From contig DASSHL010000441.1 of assembly GCA_035692845.1 (NCBI GenBank), positions 1 to 44,329 on the forward strand: a DNA stretch of 44,329 nucleotides, read 5' to 3'. This stretch comes from Gemmatimonadales bacterium. Its GTDB lineage: Bacteria > Gemmatimonadota > Gemmatimonadetes > Gemmatimonadales > GWC2-71-9. Positions 7,567 to 15,503 of the stretch are shown in pieces; within the stretch, counting starts at the first letter, position 1; each line of letters begins with the position of its first letter. The notes beneath the pieces were generated by a model that ran no database searches, was not told where the DNA came from, and saw nothing but the letters and a program-made list of their open reading frames with translations. The position numbers and the translations under genes are program-made.

Positions 7567-8003
7567 CGCCGCTCCCGCGGGGCGTGCTCTGCGGGACCTG
7601 CGCCCAGGACCAGTGGCGCCGGTTCGGGCGGGAGCGGAAGTGGCAGTGCCTCCCCTGCCGCCGGGAGGCGACGGCGCGGTGGCGCCAGCGGAAGGGGATT
7701 GGGTATGCGCTGCTGATGACGGCGCGGATGCGCGCGAAGCGCCAGGGCGTGCCCTGCACGATCCAGGAGTCGGACATCGTGGTGCCTGCGACGTGCCCCG
7801 TGCTCGGAATCCCGCTCTACCCGAGCGCCGGGGGCGCCCCCGGGCCGAACAGCCCGAGCCTCGACAAGATCCGCCCCGACGACGGCTACGTCGCCGGCAA
7901 CGTCCGGGTCATCTCGCACCGGGCGAACATCCTGAAGAACTCCGCGACTCTCGCGGAACTGGAAGCTGTACTACGCGACGCACGACTCAAGGAGCAACAC
8001 TAG
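7557..8003 (+). CDS. HNH-type endonuclease-like protein with an N-terminal Cys4 finger
   Basis: CGTC...CLPC followed by SLDKIRPDDGYVAGNVRVISHRANILKNSATLAEL, a pattern typical of phage HNH proteins. Confidence 0.6.
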   Translation: MPLTPLPRGVLCGTCAQDQWRRFGRERKWQCLPCRREATARWRQRKGIGYALLMTARMRAKRQGVPCTIQESDIVVPATCPVLGIPLYPSAGGAPGPNSPSLDKIRPDDGYVAGNVRVISHRANILKNSATLAELEAVLRDARLKEQH

Positions 8004-8548
8004 TGCATATCAACTTCAGCATTGACGGAGAAGACGTCGTCTCCCGGGAACAGCAGAAGGCGTTCGCCGCCGTCCTCCGCGCCGTGGCCGATACCCTCGC
8101 CGCGGGCGCCGGATCACCCGTCGTCGAGGGCTTCCGCGCGCCCGAAGTCACCGCACCGTCCGAGCCCACGCCGTCACCTGCGCTGCCGGGTCGCGTGACG
8201 CCACTCGTCGCGGCGGAGGATCCGTACCTCGAGAAGCCGAAGAAGGCGAAGAAGGAGAAGGCGGAGAAAGTCCCGGACTCGAAAGATCCGGCCCAGACCT
8301 CCTTCGTCGATCCGGCGCCGGCTGAGGTCGTGGCGGCCGCTCCGCTGACCGCTTCCGCCGCGCCCACCGCCGACGAGCTCCGGGCGATCACGAACAAGTA
8401 CACGAATCGCTTCGGCCTCGCGAAGCTCCGCGAGACGGTGACGGCCTTCGGGGTGAAGAAGCTCCTGGACCTCACCGACGCCCAGAAGATCGAGTGGGCC
8501 ACCGCGCGGAATGCCGAACTGGCCGCCCCGGCGGCCGAGGAGAACTGA
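8003..8548 (+). CDS. hypothetical protein with a Lys-rich linker (181 aa)
   Basis: The GTG overlaps the upstream TAG by 1 nt. The sequence has KPKKAKKEKAEK followed by a helical C-terminal domain. Confidence 0.55.
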   Translation: MHINFSIDGEDVVSREQQKAFAAVLRAVADTLAAGAGSPVVEGFRAPEVTAPSEPTPSPALPGRVTPLVAAEDPYLEKPKKAKKEKAEKVPDSKDPAQTSFVDPAPAEVVAAAPLTASAAPTADELRAITNKYTNRFGLAKLRETVTAFGVKKLLDLTDAQKIEWATARNAELAAPAAEEN

Positions 8549-8685
8549 TGCGAAAGACGTCCACGCAACTCGAGCGCCTGCGGAAGAGCCGCAAGGGCGT
8601 GAAGGCGAAGGATCCGCTGCTCGCGAAGAAGCCGCCCCAGCCGAAGATGCCGGGGTTCACGCGGCGGGGGGCGCGCGGGGTATGA
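8548..8685 (+). CDS. small basic protein (45 aa)
   Basis: TGATG overlap upstream and ATGA downstream. Confidence 0.35.
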   Translation: MRKTSTQLERLRKSRKGVKAKDPLLAKKPPQPKMPGFTRRGARGV

Positions 8686-9689
8686 GCGAAGAGTTCGTGG
8701 AGACCGAGCGTCGGATCCACAGCTACCCTAGCATCTATGCGATCGGGCACCGCGCCATCGCCGATCTCTTTCACGACCCCGTCGTCGTGGAGGAGAAAGT
8801 CGATGGGAGCCAGTTCAGCTTCGGCGTGATTGGCGGGGAACTCTGTTGCCGTAGCAAGGGCAAGCAGCTCAATCTTGACGCGCCGGAGAAGATGTTCACG
8901 CAGGCGGTCGCCACCGCGCAGCGTCTTGCGCCTTTACTGCGCGAGGGGTGGACCTATCGCGGCGAGTATCTCCAGTCGCCCAAGCACAACACCCTGGCCT
9001 ACGCCCGGATCCCGGTCGACCACATCATCCTGTACGACATCAATCCGGCGCTGGAGTCCTACCTGGACCCGATCGCCAAGCGGGACGAAGCAGTTCGGAT
9101 CGGCCTGGAACTCGTCCCGTGTTTCGCCGCGGGTACGATCGCGTCCTTCGAGGAACTCATCGCCTTGACGGAACGGGAGTCAGTCCTCGGCGGGGCGACG
9201 ATGGAGGGAATCGTCGTCAAGAACTATCATCGGTTCACGTCGGAAAAGAAGGCGATGATGGGGAAGTACGTCCGACCTGCTTTCAAGGAGGCGCACAGCC
9301 TGGAGTGGAAGGCGTCCAATCCCGCGGCGAAGGACGTCGTCGTGCGCGTGATCGAGACATTCAAGACGACCGCGCGCTGGGAGAAAGCGCTGCAGCATCT
9401 GCGCGACAACGGGACGCTGGTCGAGGGGCCGCAGGACATCGGGCCGCTCCTGAAGGAAGTGCCAGCCGACATCCTCAAGGAGTGCGAGGCCGACATCAAG
9501 GCGAAGCTCTTCGAGTGGGCGTGGCCGCAGATCCAGCGTGGGGTGACCGCCGGTCTTCCCCAGTGGTACAAAGATCGTCTGGCCCAGCAGGCATTCGGGT
9601 CCACCGGGAGTCCGGCCGGGGAGGCTACCGACCACACGTCGGTCCAAACGTCTCCACCCGACATGCCTGCTACTGAGGAGGTCGCATGA
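8682..9689 (+). CDS. ATP-dependent RNA ligase (Rnl2-like / PF09414-type); a nick-sealing DNA ligase is not excluded
   Basis: Nucleotidyltransferase motifs I EEKVDGSQ, III YRGEYL, IV EGIVVKN and V GKYVRP. There is no Arg after DG, and the C-terminal domain is helical rather than an OB fold. Confidence 0.65.
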   Translation: MSEEFVETERRIHSYPSIYAIGHRAIADLFHDPVVVEEKVDGSQFSFGVIGGELCCRSKGKQLNLDAPEKMFTQAVATAQRLAPLLREGWTYRGEYLQSPKHNTLAYARIPVDHIILYDINPALESYLDPIAKRDEAVRIGLELVPCFAAGTIASFEELIALTERESVLGGATMEGIVVKNYHRFTSEKKAMMGKYVRPAFKEAHSLEWKASNPAAKDVVVRVIETFKTTARWEKALQHLRDNGTLVEGPQDIGPLLKEVPADILKECEADIKAKLFEWAWPQIQRGVTAGLPQWYKDRLAQQAFGSTGSPAGEATDHTSVQTSPPDMPATEEVA

Positions 9690-9901
9690 TCTGTCCTTCG
9701 CGAAACGATGGCGGTCAGCACTGCTACCACTCGACGCATCACGGCCCGTGGCTCGGCATCATGCCTCCGCCGATGAAGTGCTGCTTCTGCGGCCAGTCAC
9801 CGCAGCAGGAGCACGGGCCGTACGCGCCGGACTGGGGCGGTACGGCGACCGGCGGTATGCTGTCCGGCGGCCTCGTCTACTGCCGAGTAGTCCAGTCATG
9901 A
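9686..9901 (+). CDS. Cys/His-rich small protein (71 aa)
   Basis: ATGA overlaps on both sides; contains CYHSTHH and CCFCG. Confidence 0.45.
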   Translation: MICPSRNDGGQHCYHSTHHGPWLGIMPPPMKCCFCGQSPQQEHGPYAPDWGGTATGGMLSGGLVYCRVVQS

Positions 9902-11094
9902 GTGCCGACCTCGTCCAGCCCAAGACCCACGCGGCGCTCGGGGCCTCCTCCGCTGATCGGTGGATGAACTGCCCCGCCTCCGTACGCTTGCAGGAGGGCG
10001 TGCCCGGCGACGGCGCGAACGACTATTCCCGGGAGGGGACGACCGCGCACGCGGTCCTGGAGATGGCGCTCAAGCGGAACTGCGAGCCCCACTTCTGGAT
10101 CGACACGATGGTCGAGGGCGTCCTCGTCACGGAGGAGATGGCCGACGCGGTCGCGACGTGCATTGAGGTCGTGCGAGAAACACAACGGGAACATCCCGAT
10201 GCCGTTCTGGACATCGAGCGGCGCTTCTCCCTGGCCGCCCTGAATCCGCCGGCCGAGATGTTCGGGACCTCGGACGTCGTGCTCCGCCTTCCGGCGGCGC
10301 GGCGGCTCGTCGTGATCGACTACAAGCACGGCCAGGGGCACGCCGTCGCGGCGAAGGGCAACCCCCAGCTCCGCTACTACGGCCTTGGGGCGACCCTCGC
10401 CGTGGAGCGGGACATCGGCCCGGGCCGGATTGACTCGATCGAGCTCGTCATCGTCCAGCCGCGGGCGGTCCACGCCGACGGAATCATCCGGCGGGAGACG
10501 ATTGCCTACGACGAACTCGTCGCCTTCTCGGAAGACCTGCTCGCGGCAGCCCATACGGCGCTGGATCCGGCGTCCGAGCCCGTCGCCGGCCCGTGGTGCC
10601 GGTTCTGCCGGGCACAGGCCATCTGCCCGGCCCAGCGCGCGATGGTCGCCGTGACGGCGCAGACCGACTTCACGGATGAGGTTCGGCCGCCCTTGCCGGA
10701 AACCCTCACGCCCGCTATGCTGGTGCGGGTGCTCGAGGCCCGGCCGGTGATCGAATCCTGGCTCAAGGCGGTGGTGCAGTACGCCGAAGGTGAGCTGTCC
10801 GCCGGCCGGGACGTCCCGGGCTACAAGCTCGTGGCCAAGCGGGCGATGCGGAAGTGGATCGAGGACGAGAAGGCGATCGAAGCGCGCTGTGACGAACTCG
10901 GGATCAGCCCCGAGGAGTACCAGGAACGGAAGCTCAAGAGCGTCGCGTCGCTCGAGAAGGTGGTTGGCAAGAAGAGCTTCACCGGCCAATTCGCCGACCT
11001 CATCACGAAGGAATCCAGCGGCTTCACCCTGGCGCCCGTGGCGGACAGCCGCCCCGCGATCACGGCGGGCGCCCAGTCGGAATTTGCGGAATGA
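9898..11094 (+). CDS. DUF2800-type PD-(D/E)XK (Cas4-like) nuclease
   Basis: LGASSADRWMNCPAS, then DVVL...VIDYKHG, then a C-terminal CRFCRAQAICPA Cys cluster, in 398 aa. Confidence 0.8.
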   Translation: MSADLVQPKTHAALGASSADRWMNCPASVRLQEGVPGDGANDYSREGTTAHAVLEMALKRNCEPHFWIDTMVEGVLVTEEMADAVATCIEVVRETQREHPDAVLDIERRFSLAALNPPAEMFGTSDVVLRLPAARRLVVIDYKHGQGHAVAAKGNPQLRYYGLGATLAVERDIGPGRIDSIELVIVQPRAVHADGIIRRETIAYDELVAFSEDLLAAAHTALDPASEPVAGPWCRFCRAQAICPAQRAMVAVTAQTDFTDEVRPPLPETLTPAMLVRVLEARPVIESWLKAVVQYAEGELSAGRDVPGYKLVAKRAMRKWIEDEKAIEARCDELGISPEEYQERKLKSVASLEKVVGKKSFTGQFADLITKESSGFTLAPVADSRPAITAGAQSEFAE

Positions 11095-11110
11095 GAAACG
11101 AGGCAATGCG

Positions 11111-11722
11111 ATGAGCAAGACCCCCAGTGCGCGGCTGAAGACGCCGATTGGGATCGTGAGTTATCCCCACCTCTTCGAGGCGGTGGCTGCGGAAGAGGGC
11201 CAGAAGAAGAAGTACAGCGTGACGCTCGTCTTCGACAAGGCGGCCCAGGCGTCGCCGGAGTTCAAGGCGATGCAGGAGGCGGCGAAGGCCGCGGCGACGG
11301 GCAAGTTCGGCCCGGACGCGATCGGCTGGTTTGCCAGCAACAAGCTCCGCTCCCCGTTCCGGAAGGACGCGGTCGACAAGGGCTATCCGGAGGGCACGAT
11401 CTTCGTGAACCTGCGTTCGGACACCGCGCCGGGTGTCGTGAGCCGGTACAAGGGCGCCGACGGGAAGCCCCTCACCATCACGAAGGAGCAGCAGGTCCCG
11501 GGGAATGCCGAGGAGATCTATCCGGGCTGCCAGGGCCGCGCGACGGTGTCGTGCTTCGCCTACGACCGCGCCGGCAACAAGGGCGTCTCCTTCGGGCTCT
11601 CGAACTTCCAGAAGACCGGCGAGGGCAGCCGCATCGACAACCGCAAGGCGGCGAAGGATGAGTTCGAGGCCGACCTGACGGAAGTCCCGGCGGACCTGCC
11701 GGGCGAGGAGCCGGTGATCTGA
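11111..11722 (+). CDS. DUF2815-type ssDNA-binding-like protein
   Basis: RLKTPIGIVSYPHLFE...KKKYSVTLVF..., an acidic C-terminal tail, and the canonical position between DUF2800 and PolA. Confidence 0.75.
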   Translation: MSKTPSARLKTPIGIVSYPHLFEAVAAEEGQKKKYSVTLVFDKAAQASPEFKAMQEAAKAAATGKFGPDAIGWFASNKLRSPFRKDAVDKGYPEGTIFVNLRSDTAPGVVSRYKGADGKPLTITKEQQVPGNAEEIYPGCQGRATVSCFAYDRAGNKGVSFGLSNFQKTGEGSRIDNRKAAKDEFEADLTEVPADLPGEEPVI

Positions 11723-11785
11723 AGGACCTGGACACCCGAATAGCCGCAAGGCGTGCTCTCCGGAGCTAGGGAACACTGGGTGGTG

Positions 11786-11857
11786 TCGCATGTGGGCTAA
11801 CGGTAAGCCGCCAGCCGTTTCGGTGGTGAGATGCGGGTTCGAGTCCCGCCATGCGAT
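11786..11857 (+). tRNA. tRNA-like gene with an aberrant anticodon arm; UUU occupies positions 34-36 in the canonical register
   Basis: The acceptor stem TCGCATG/CATGCGA has 7 WC pairs. The D arm is GGCT-AACGGTA-AGCC, the T arm is GCGGG-TTCGAGT-CCCGC, and the variable loop is 5 nt. The anticodon arm CCAGC-CGTTTCG-GTGGT pairs poorly and lacks U33/R37. No CCA is encoded. Confidence 0.6.
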
Positions 11858-12252
11858 TTATGAGAAAAGAACAGTGGAAGACAGTTCCTTGGGACGAACG
11901 ATACGCTATTTCGTCTCTCGGCAACGCCCGAGGCCCGCGTGGTCCCCTGCGGCCGGGCATAGCATCTCACGGCTATCCGACGATTTGCGTTGGTCGCGGA
12001 AAGACGCATTGCGTACATGCGCTCGTGGCCCTCCTGTTTCTCGGACCCCCGCCGAAAGGCATGGAAGTGCGGCACAAGAACGGAAACAGAGCGGATCCGC
12101 GGCTCAGCAATTTACATTACGGCACCCGCACGCAGAACATTCTCGATGCGGTCAAGAGCGGATCCTGGCTCAGCCCCGCGCGAAAGAAGCATCTCAAAGA
12201 GTGGGCGAAGAAGGGCTGGGATACCCGGAGGCGTCGTGCTGCAGGACGCTAG
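11851..12252 (+). CDS. HNH homing endonuclease (NUMOD4 + HNH_3 type)
   Basis: WKTVPWDERYAISSLGN...GYPTICVG...VHALVALLFLG...VRHKNGNRADPRLSNLHYGT. An alternative ATG is at 11860. G+C is lower than in the neighbours. The 5' end overlaps the tRNA-like 3' strand and the 3' end overlaps the polA start. Confidence 0.8.
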   Translation: MRFMRKEQWKTVPWDERYAISSLGNARGPRGPLRPGIASHGYPTICVGRGKTHCVHALVALLFLGPPPKGMEVRHKNGNRADPRLSNLHYGTRTQNILDAVKSGSWLSPARKKHLKEWAKKGWDTRRRRAAGR

Positions 12253-14224
12253 TATCGACCTGGAAACGCGGAGTGCCTGCAACCTAAAGACGGCGGGCGT
12301 CTACCCGTATAGCCAGCACCCCTCCACTGAGATTCTCTGCTTCGCCTTCGCCTTCGGCGACGAAGCCCCGGAGATTTGGAAGCTAGGGGATCCGTTCCCG
12401 GAGCGCTTGGCGGCGCACATCGCCGCCGGAGGGAACCTCCGGGCCTGGAACGCCCAGTTCGAGCGCGTCATGTGGAACGAACTTGGCCCCCAGTACATGT
12501 TCCCGCAGGTTCGTCTGGAGCAGTGGTTTTGCACGGCCGCCGAAGCCGCCGCAATGGCGCTTCCCCGCGGACTCGACCAGTGCGCCGCGGCGATCGGGCT
12601 CGAGGAGACGAAGGACGCGGCCGGCTACCGGCTGATGTTGCAGATGTGCAAGCCGCGGAAGGTGCTCGCCGACGGCTCCTGCATCTGGTGGGACGATGAG
12701 GCGCGCAAGGAGAAGCTTTATGCCTACTGCCAGCAGGACGTCCGGCTGGAGCATCGTATCGCGAAGGCCGTCCGTCGTCTGCCGCCGAAGGAGCGGGAGC
12801 TGTACGTTCTTGACCAGAGGATTAACGATCGTGGCGTCGCCCTTGACCTGCCCCTGATTCGCGGGATGCAGGGCATTGCCCGAACGGGCATGGAGAGAGC
12901 CGGCAGGCTCCTTTCCGAGCTTACCGGAGGCGTTGTGTCGCAGGCGACACAAGTTGGCCGACTCAAGGCGTGGCTCGCGCAGGAAGGGGCAGCGGTAGGC
13001 TCGCTCGCGAAGAAGCCGCTGCAGGACTTGCTCGAGGGCGAGCTTCCTGATTTCGTCAGGGATGTGCTCGAGGCGAGGGCCGACGCGGCGAAGTCGTCCA
13101 ATGCGAAGCTCGAGGCCATGTTGAACTGTTCTTCGGAAGATGGGAGGATGCGTGGACTACTTCTCTACCACGGGGCAGCCACTGGTCGCTGGACCGGACG
13201 ACTTGCCCAACCACATAACTATCCTCGACCTACCTTGGAAGTTGAGCCCTGGCTCGACGAACTCCGCCGAGGGGACTTCGAGGTCCTTGATGTGGTCGCC
13301 AATCCCCTTGAAGTTGTTAGTTCGGGTCTGCGATCGTGTCTCGTGGCTGCACCAGGCCACGCGCTCTTCGTCGCCGACTACGCCGGCATCGAAGCCCGCA
13401 TCGTAAACTGGCTGGCTGGCCAGTGGGACATCGTCGATCGGTTCGGCCGCGGGGAGGACGTGTACATGTACAACGCCTTCCGCATCTCCGAAATGCGGGG
13501 AACGCCACTGCCGGCGTGGGCGACGAAGAAGACGCACTTCGACGCGCGCCAGTGGGGCAAGGCGGTTGAGCTCGGCTGCGGCTTCCAGATGGGCGGGGCC
13601 AAGTTCCGGGAGACCGCGGCGAAGATGTACAACGTCATCCTGGATGACGAGGAGGCGAAGAGCTTCGTCACCTTCTACCGGGACACGCACCCGAAGGTCG
13701 TCGCCCTCTGGCGGGACATCCAGGACGCCGCGATTGCCGCCGTGGAGGAGCCGGGGACGGTCCAGACGGTCGGGGAAGGAGCGTCTCTCCGCTTGACGAA
13801 GAGAGGCGGCTACCTCTGGATGATCCTGCCCTCCGGTCGACCGCTCTGCTATGCTCGGCCCAAGGTCGAGATCGTCGAGGCGCCCTGGAGTACCCCCGAG
13901 AAGCCGGCGAAGGTCAAGTCCTTGACGGCGTGGGCGACCAACAGCTATACTCGGCGCTGGGAGCAGTGCTCGCTCTACGGCGGCCTCCTGGTCGAGAACG
14001 CGGTCCAAGCGATCGCCCGGGACTGGATGGCCGAAGGGATGCTGCGGGTTGAAAAGTCCGGTTATCCGGTTATTTTGAGCTGTCACGACGAAGTGGTTTG
14101 TGAGGTCCCTGCCGGATTCGGAGATGTCGCCTCCTATGAAAAGCTCCTCGCCCAAGCGCCGTCCTGGGGCACTAACTGCCCGATCGCGGCAGAAGGTTGG
14201 TCCGGGCCACGCTACCGGAAGTAA
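12236..14224 (+). CDS. family-A DNA polymerase with 3'-5' exonuclease domain
   Basis: GTG preceded by GGAGG. Exo I is SIDLETRS, motif A is DYAGIEARI, motif B is RQWGKAVELGCGFQMG and motif C is SCHDEVV. Confidence 0.9.
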   Translation: MLQDASIDLETRSACNLKTAGVYPYSQHPSTEILCFAFAFGDEAPEIWKLGDPFPERLAAHIAAGGNLRAWNAQFERVMWNELGPQYMFPQVRLEQWFCTAAEAAAMALPRGLDQCAAAIGLEETKDAAGYRLMLQMCKPRKVLADGSCIWWDDEARKEKLYAYCQQDVRLEHRIAKAVRRLPPKERELYVLDQRINDRGVALDLPLIRGMQGIARTGMERAGRLLSELTGGVVSQATQVGRLKAWLAQEGAAVGSLAKKPLQDLLEGELPDFVRDVLEARADAAKSSNAKLEAMLNCSSEDGRMRGLLLYHGAATGRWTGRLAQPHNYPRPTLEVEPWLDELRRGDFEVLDVVANPLEVVSSGLRSCLVAAPGHALFVADYAGIEARIVNWLAGQWDIVDRFGRGEDVYMYNAFRISEMRGTPLPAWATKKTHFDARQWGKAVELGCGFQMGGAKFRETAAKMYNVILDDEEAKSFVTFYRDTHPKVVALWRDIQDAAIAAVEEPGTVQTVGEGASLRLTKRGGYLWMILPSGRPLCYARPKVEIVEAPWSTPEKPAKVKSLTAWATNSYTRRWEQCSLYGGLLVENAVQAIARDWMAEGMLRVEKSGYPVILSCHDEVVCEVPAGFGDVASYEKLLAQAPSWGTNCPIAAEGWSGPRYRK

Positions 14225-14726
14225 GTGGCGACCGGTGCCGGGCTGGGAAGGGAAGTACGAAGTATCTGATCGGGGAGAAGTACGGTCTCTGGGGTTTCGG
14301 GTCTTGTCTCGCGGTAATGGACATTTCCGGCCGGGGCGAACACTGAAACAGATTCGCCGCCCTTCGGGGTACATTCAAGTATCATTGACTCGCCCGAAGA
14401 AGGAACGACTGGTTCATGTGCTTGTAGCTGCAGCCTGGCTGGGGCGTCGACCTCGCGGTAAGCAAGTGGCTCACTTCAACGGCGTGAAAGCAGATAATCG
14501 GGTGGTGAATTTGCGATACGCCACTCCTCTAGAAAACGAGTTCGACACCGCGCGTCTAGGGCGGCGACCGAGGGGCGAAAACCACCCCGCCGCCCGGCTT
14601 ACTGCCCGAGATGTTAGGGCTCTTCGGGAGGGCACTGTTGCTCCAGCGCAGATCGCAGCCCAGCGCGGCGTTTGTCGCTATGCGGTGTGGGCCGCCAAAA
14701 CCGGTAAGACATGGAGACATATCTGA
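14136..14726 (+). CDS. HNH homing endonuclease (NUMOD4 + HNH_3 + C-terminal HTH-like); start uncertain
   Basis: WRPVPGWEGKYEVSDRGEVRS...GYIQVSL...VHVLVAAAWLG...AHFNGVKADNRVVNLRYAT. The homology begins 2 codons after the polA stop, but the nearest in-frame ATG is 89 nt inside polA. Confidence 0.75.
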   Translation: MKSSSPKRRPGALTARSRQKVGPGHATGSKWRPVPGWEGKYEVSDRGEVRSLGFRVLSRGNGHFRPGRTLKQIRRPSGYIQVSLTRPKKERLVHVLVAAAWLGRRPRGKQVAHFNGVKADNRVVNLRYATPLENEFDTARLGRRPRGENHPAARLTARDVRALREGTVAPAQIAAQRGVCRYAVWAAKTGKTWRHI

Positions 14727-14911
14727 TGGCGAAAACTCGAGGCTTCCCCCTGAAGGGCGACCTGAACGCCCGGACCTATCTCGCCTGCTGGAACGCGATG
14801 TCGATGCGGCGCAAGATGGAGGTCCGGAACCTGGCGGACGGGCATGACATGACCAAGATCCAGGTCCTCAACCGCTGGCCGCACCTGCGCGTCGAGCCGG
14901 TGAAGCGATGA
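14726..14911 (+). CDS. hypothetical protein (61 aa)
   Basis: TGATG overlap upstream and ATGA downstream. Confidence 0.45.
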   Translation: MAKTRGFPLKGDLNARTYLACWNAMSMRRKMEVRNLADGHDMTKIQVLNRWPHLRVEPVKR

Positions 14912-15045
14912 TCCGCAAGACGAAGAAGGGTTACGAAGTCGTGAGCAAGAAGTCCAAGAAGCGGCTGTCGAAGCCGAATCTCTCCCTCGAGCAGGCGAAG
15001 CGTCGGCTGCGCCAGATCGAATACTTCAAGCATCTCGGCAAATGA
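14908..15045 (+). CDS. small Lys-rich protein (45 aa)
   Basis: MIRKTKKGYEVVSKKSKKRLSKPNLSLEQAKRRLRQIEYFKHLGK resembles a widespread small phage protein pattern (KGY.V.S....L....S...A.KRL.Q.E.FK). Confidence 0.45.
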   Translation: MIRKTKKGYEVVSKKSKKRLSKPNLSLEQAKRRLRQIEYFKHLGK

Positions 15046-15503
15046 CGTTACGTGTTGTTCCGTTCACGCTGGCCCAGGCGAATGAGGCCGTGGAGTTTCT
15101 TCACCGTCACCACAAGCCTGCGGTTGGCCATCGTTTCTCTCTTGGCGTGATTGACGAGACAGGCAACATTCATGGGGCCTGTATCGTCGGCCGTCCAGTG
15201 GCACGAATGACTGAGCAATACCATGTGGCAGAAGTCACTCGTCTGGTAACAGATGGCACCAAGAACGCCTGCTCTATCTTGTATTCCGCTGCGGCGCGCG
15301 CTTGTGAGGCAATGGGATTCACAAAAATCCAGACATTCATTCTTGAGTCTGAATCTGGCACATCGCTTCGTGCATCAGGCTGGATGATGGAAGGACGTAG
15401 CGCCGGTGGAGACTGGAATTGTCCGACCCGGGGAGGTCGTCGAGTGGACCAGCCGCAAGAGGCTAAAATGAAGTGGTCAAAGACCTTTCGGGGTAACTCG
15501 TGA
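15042..15503 (+). CDS. GNAT-fold-like small protein (XF1762 / Mom-like family suspected)
   Basis: FLHRHHKPAVGHRFSLGV...GACIVGRPVAR...EVTRLVTDGTKNACSILYSAAARACEAMGF.KIQTFILESESGTSLRASGW. G+C is markedly lower than in the flanking genes. Confidence 0.55.
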   Translation: MTLRVVPFTLAQANEAVEFLHRHHKPAVGHRFSLGVIDETGNIHGACIVGRPVARMTEQYHVAEVTRLVTDGTKNACSILYSAAARACEAMGFTKIQTFILESESGTSLRASGWMMEGRSAGGDWNCPTRGGRRVDQPQEAKMKWSKTFRGNS

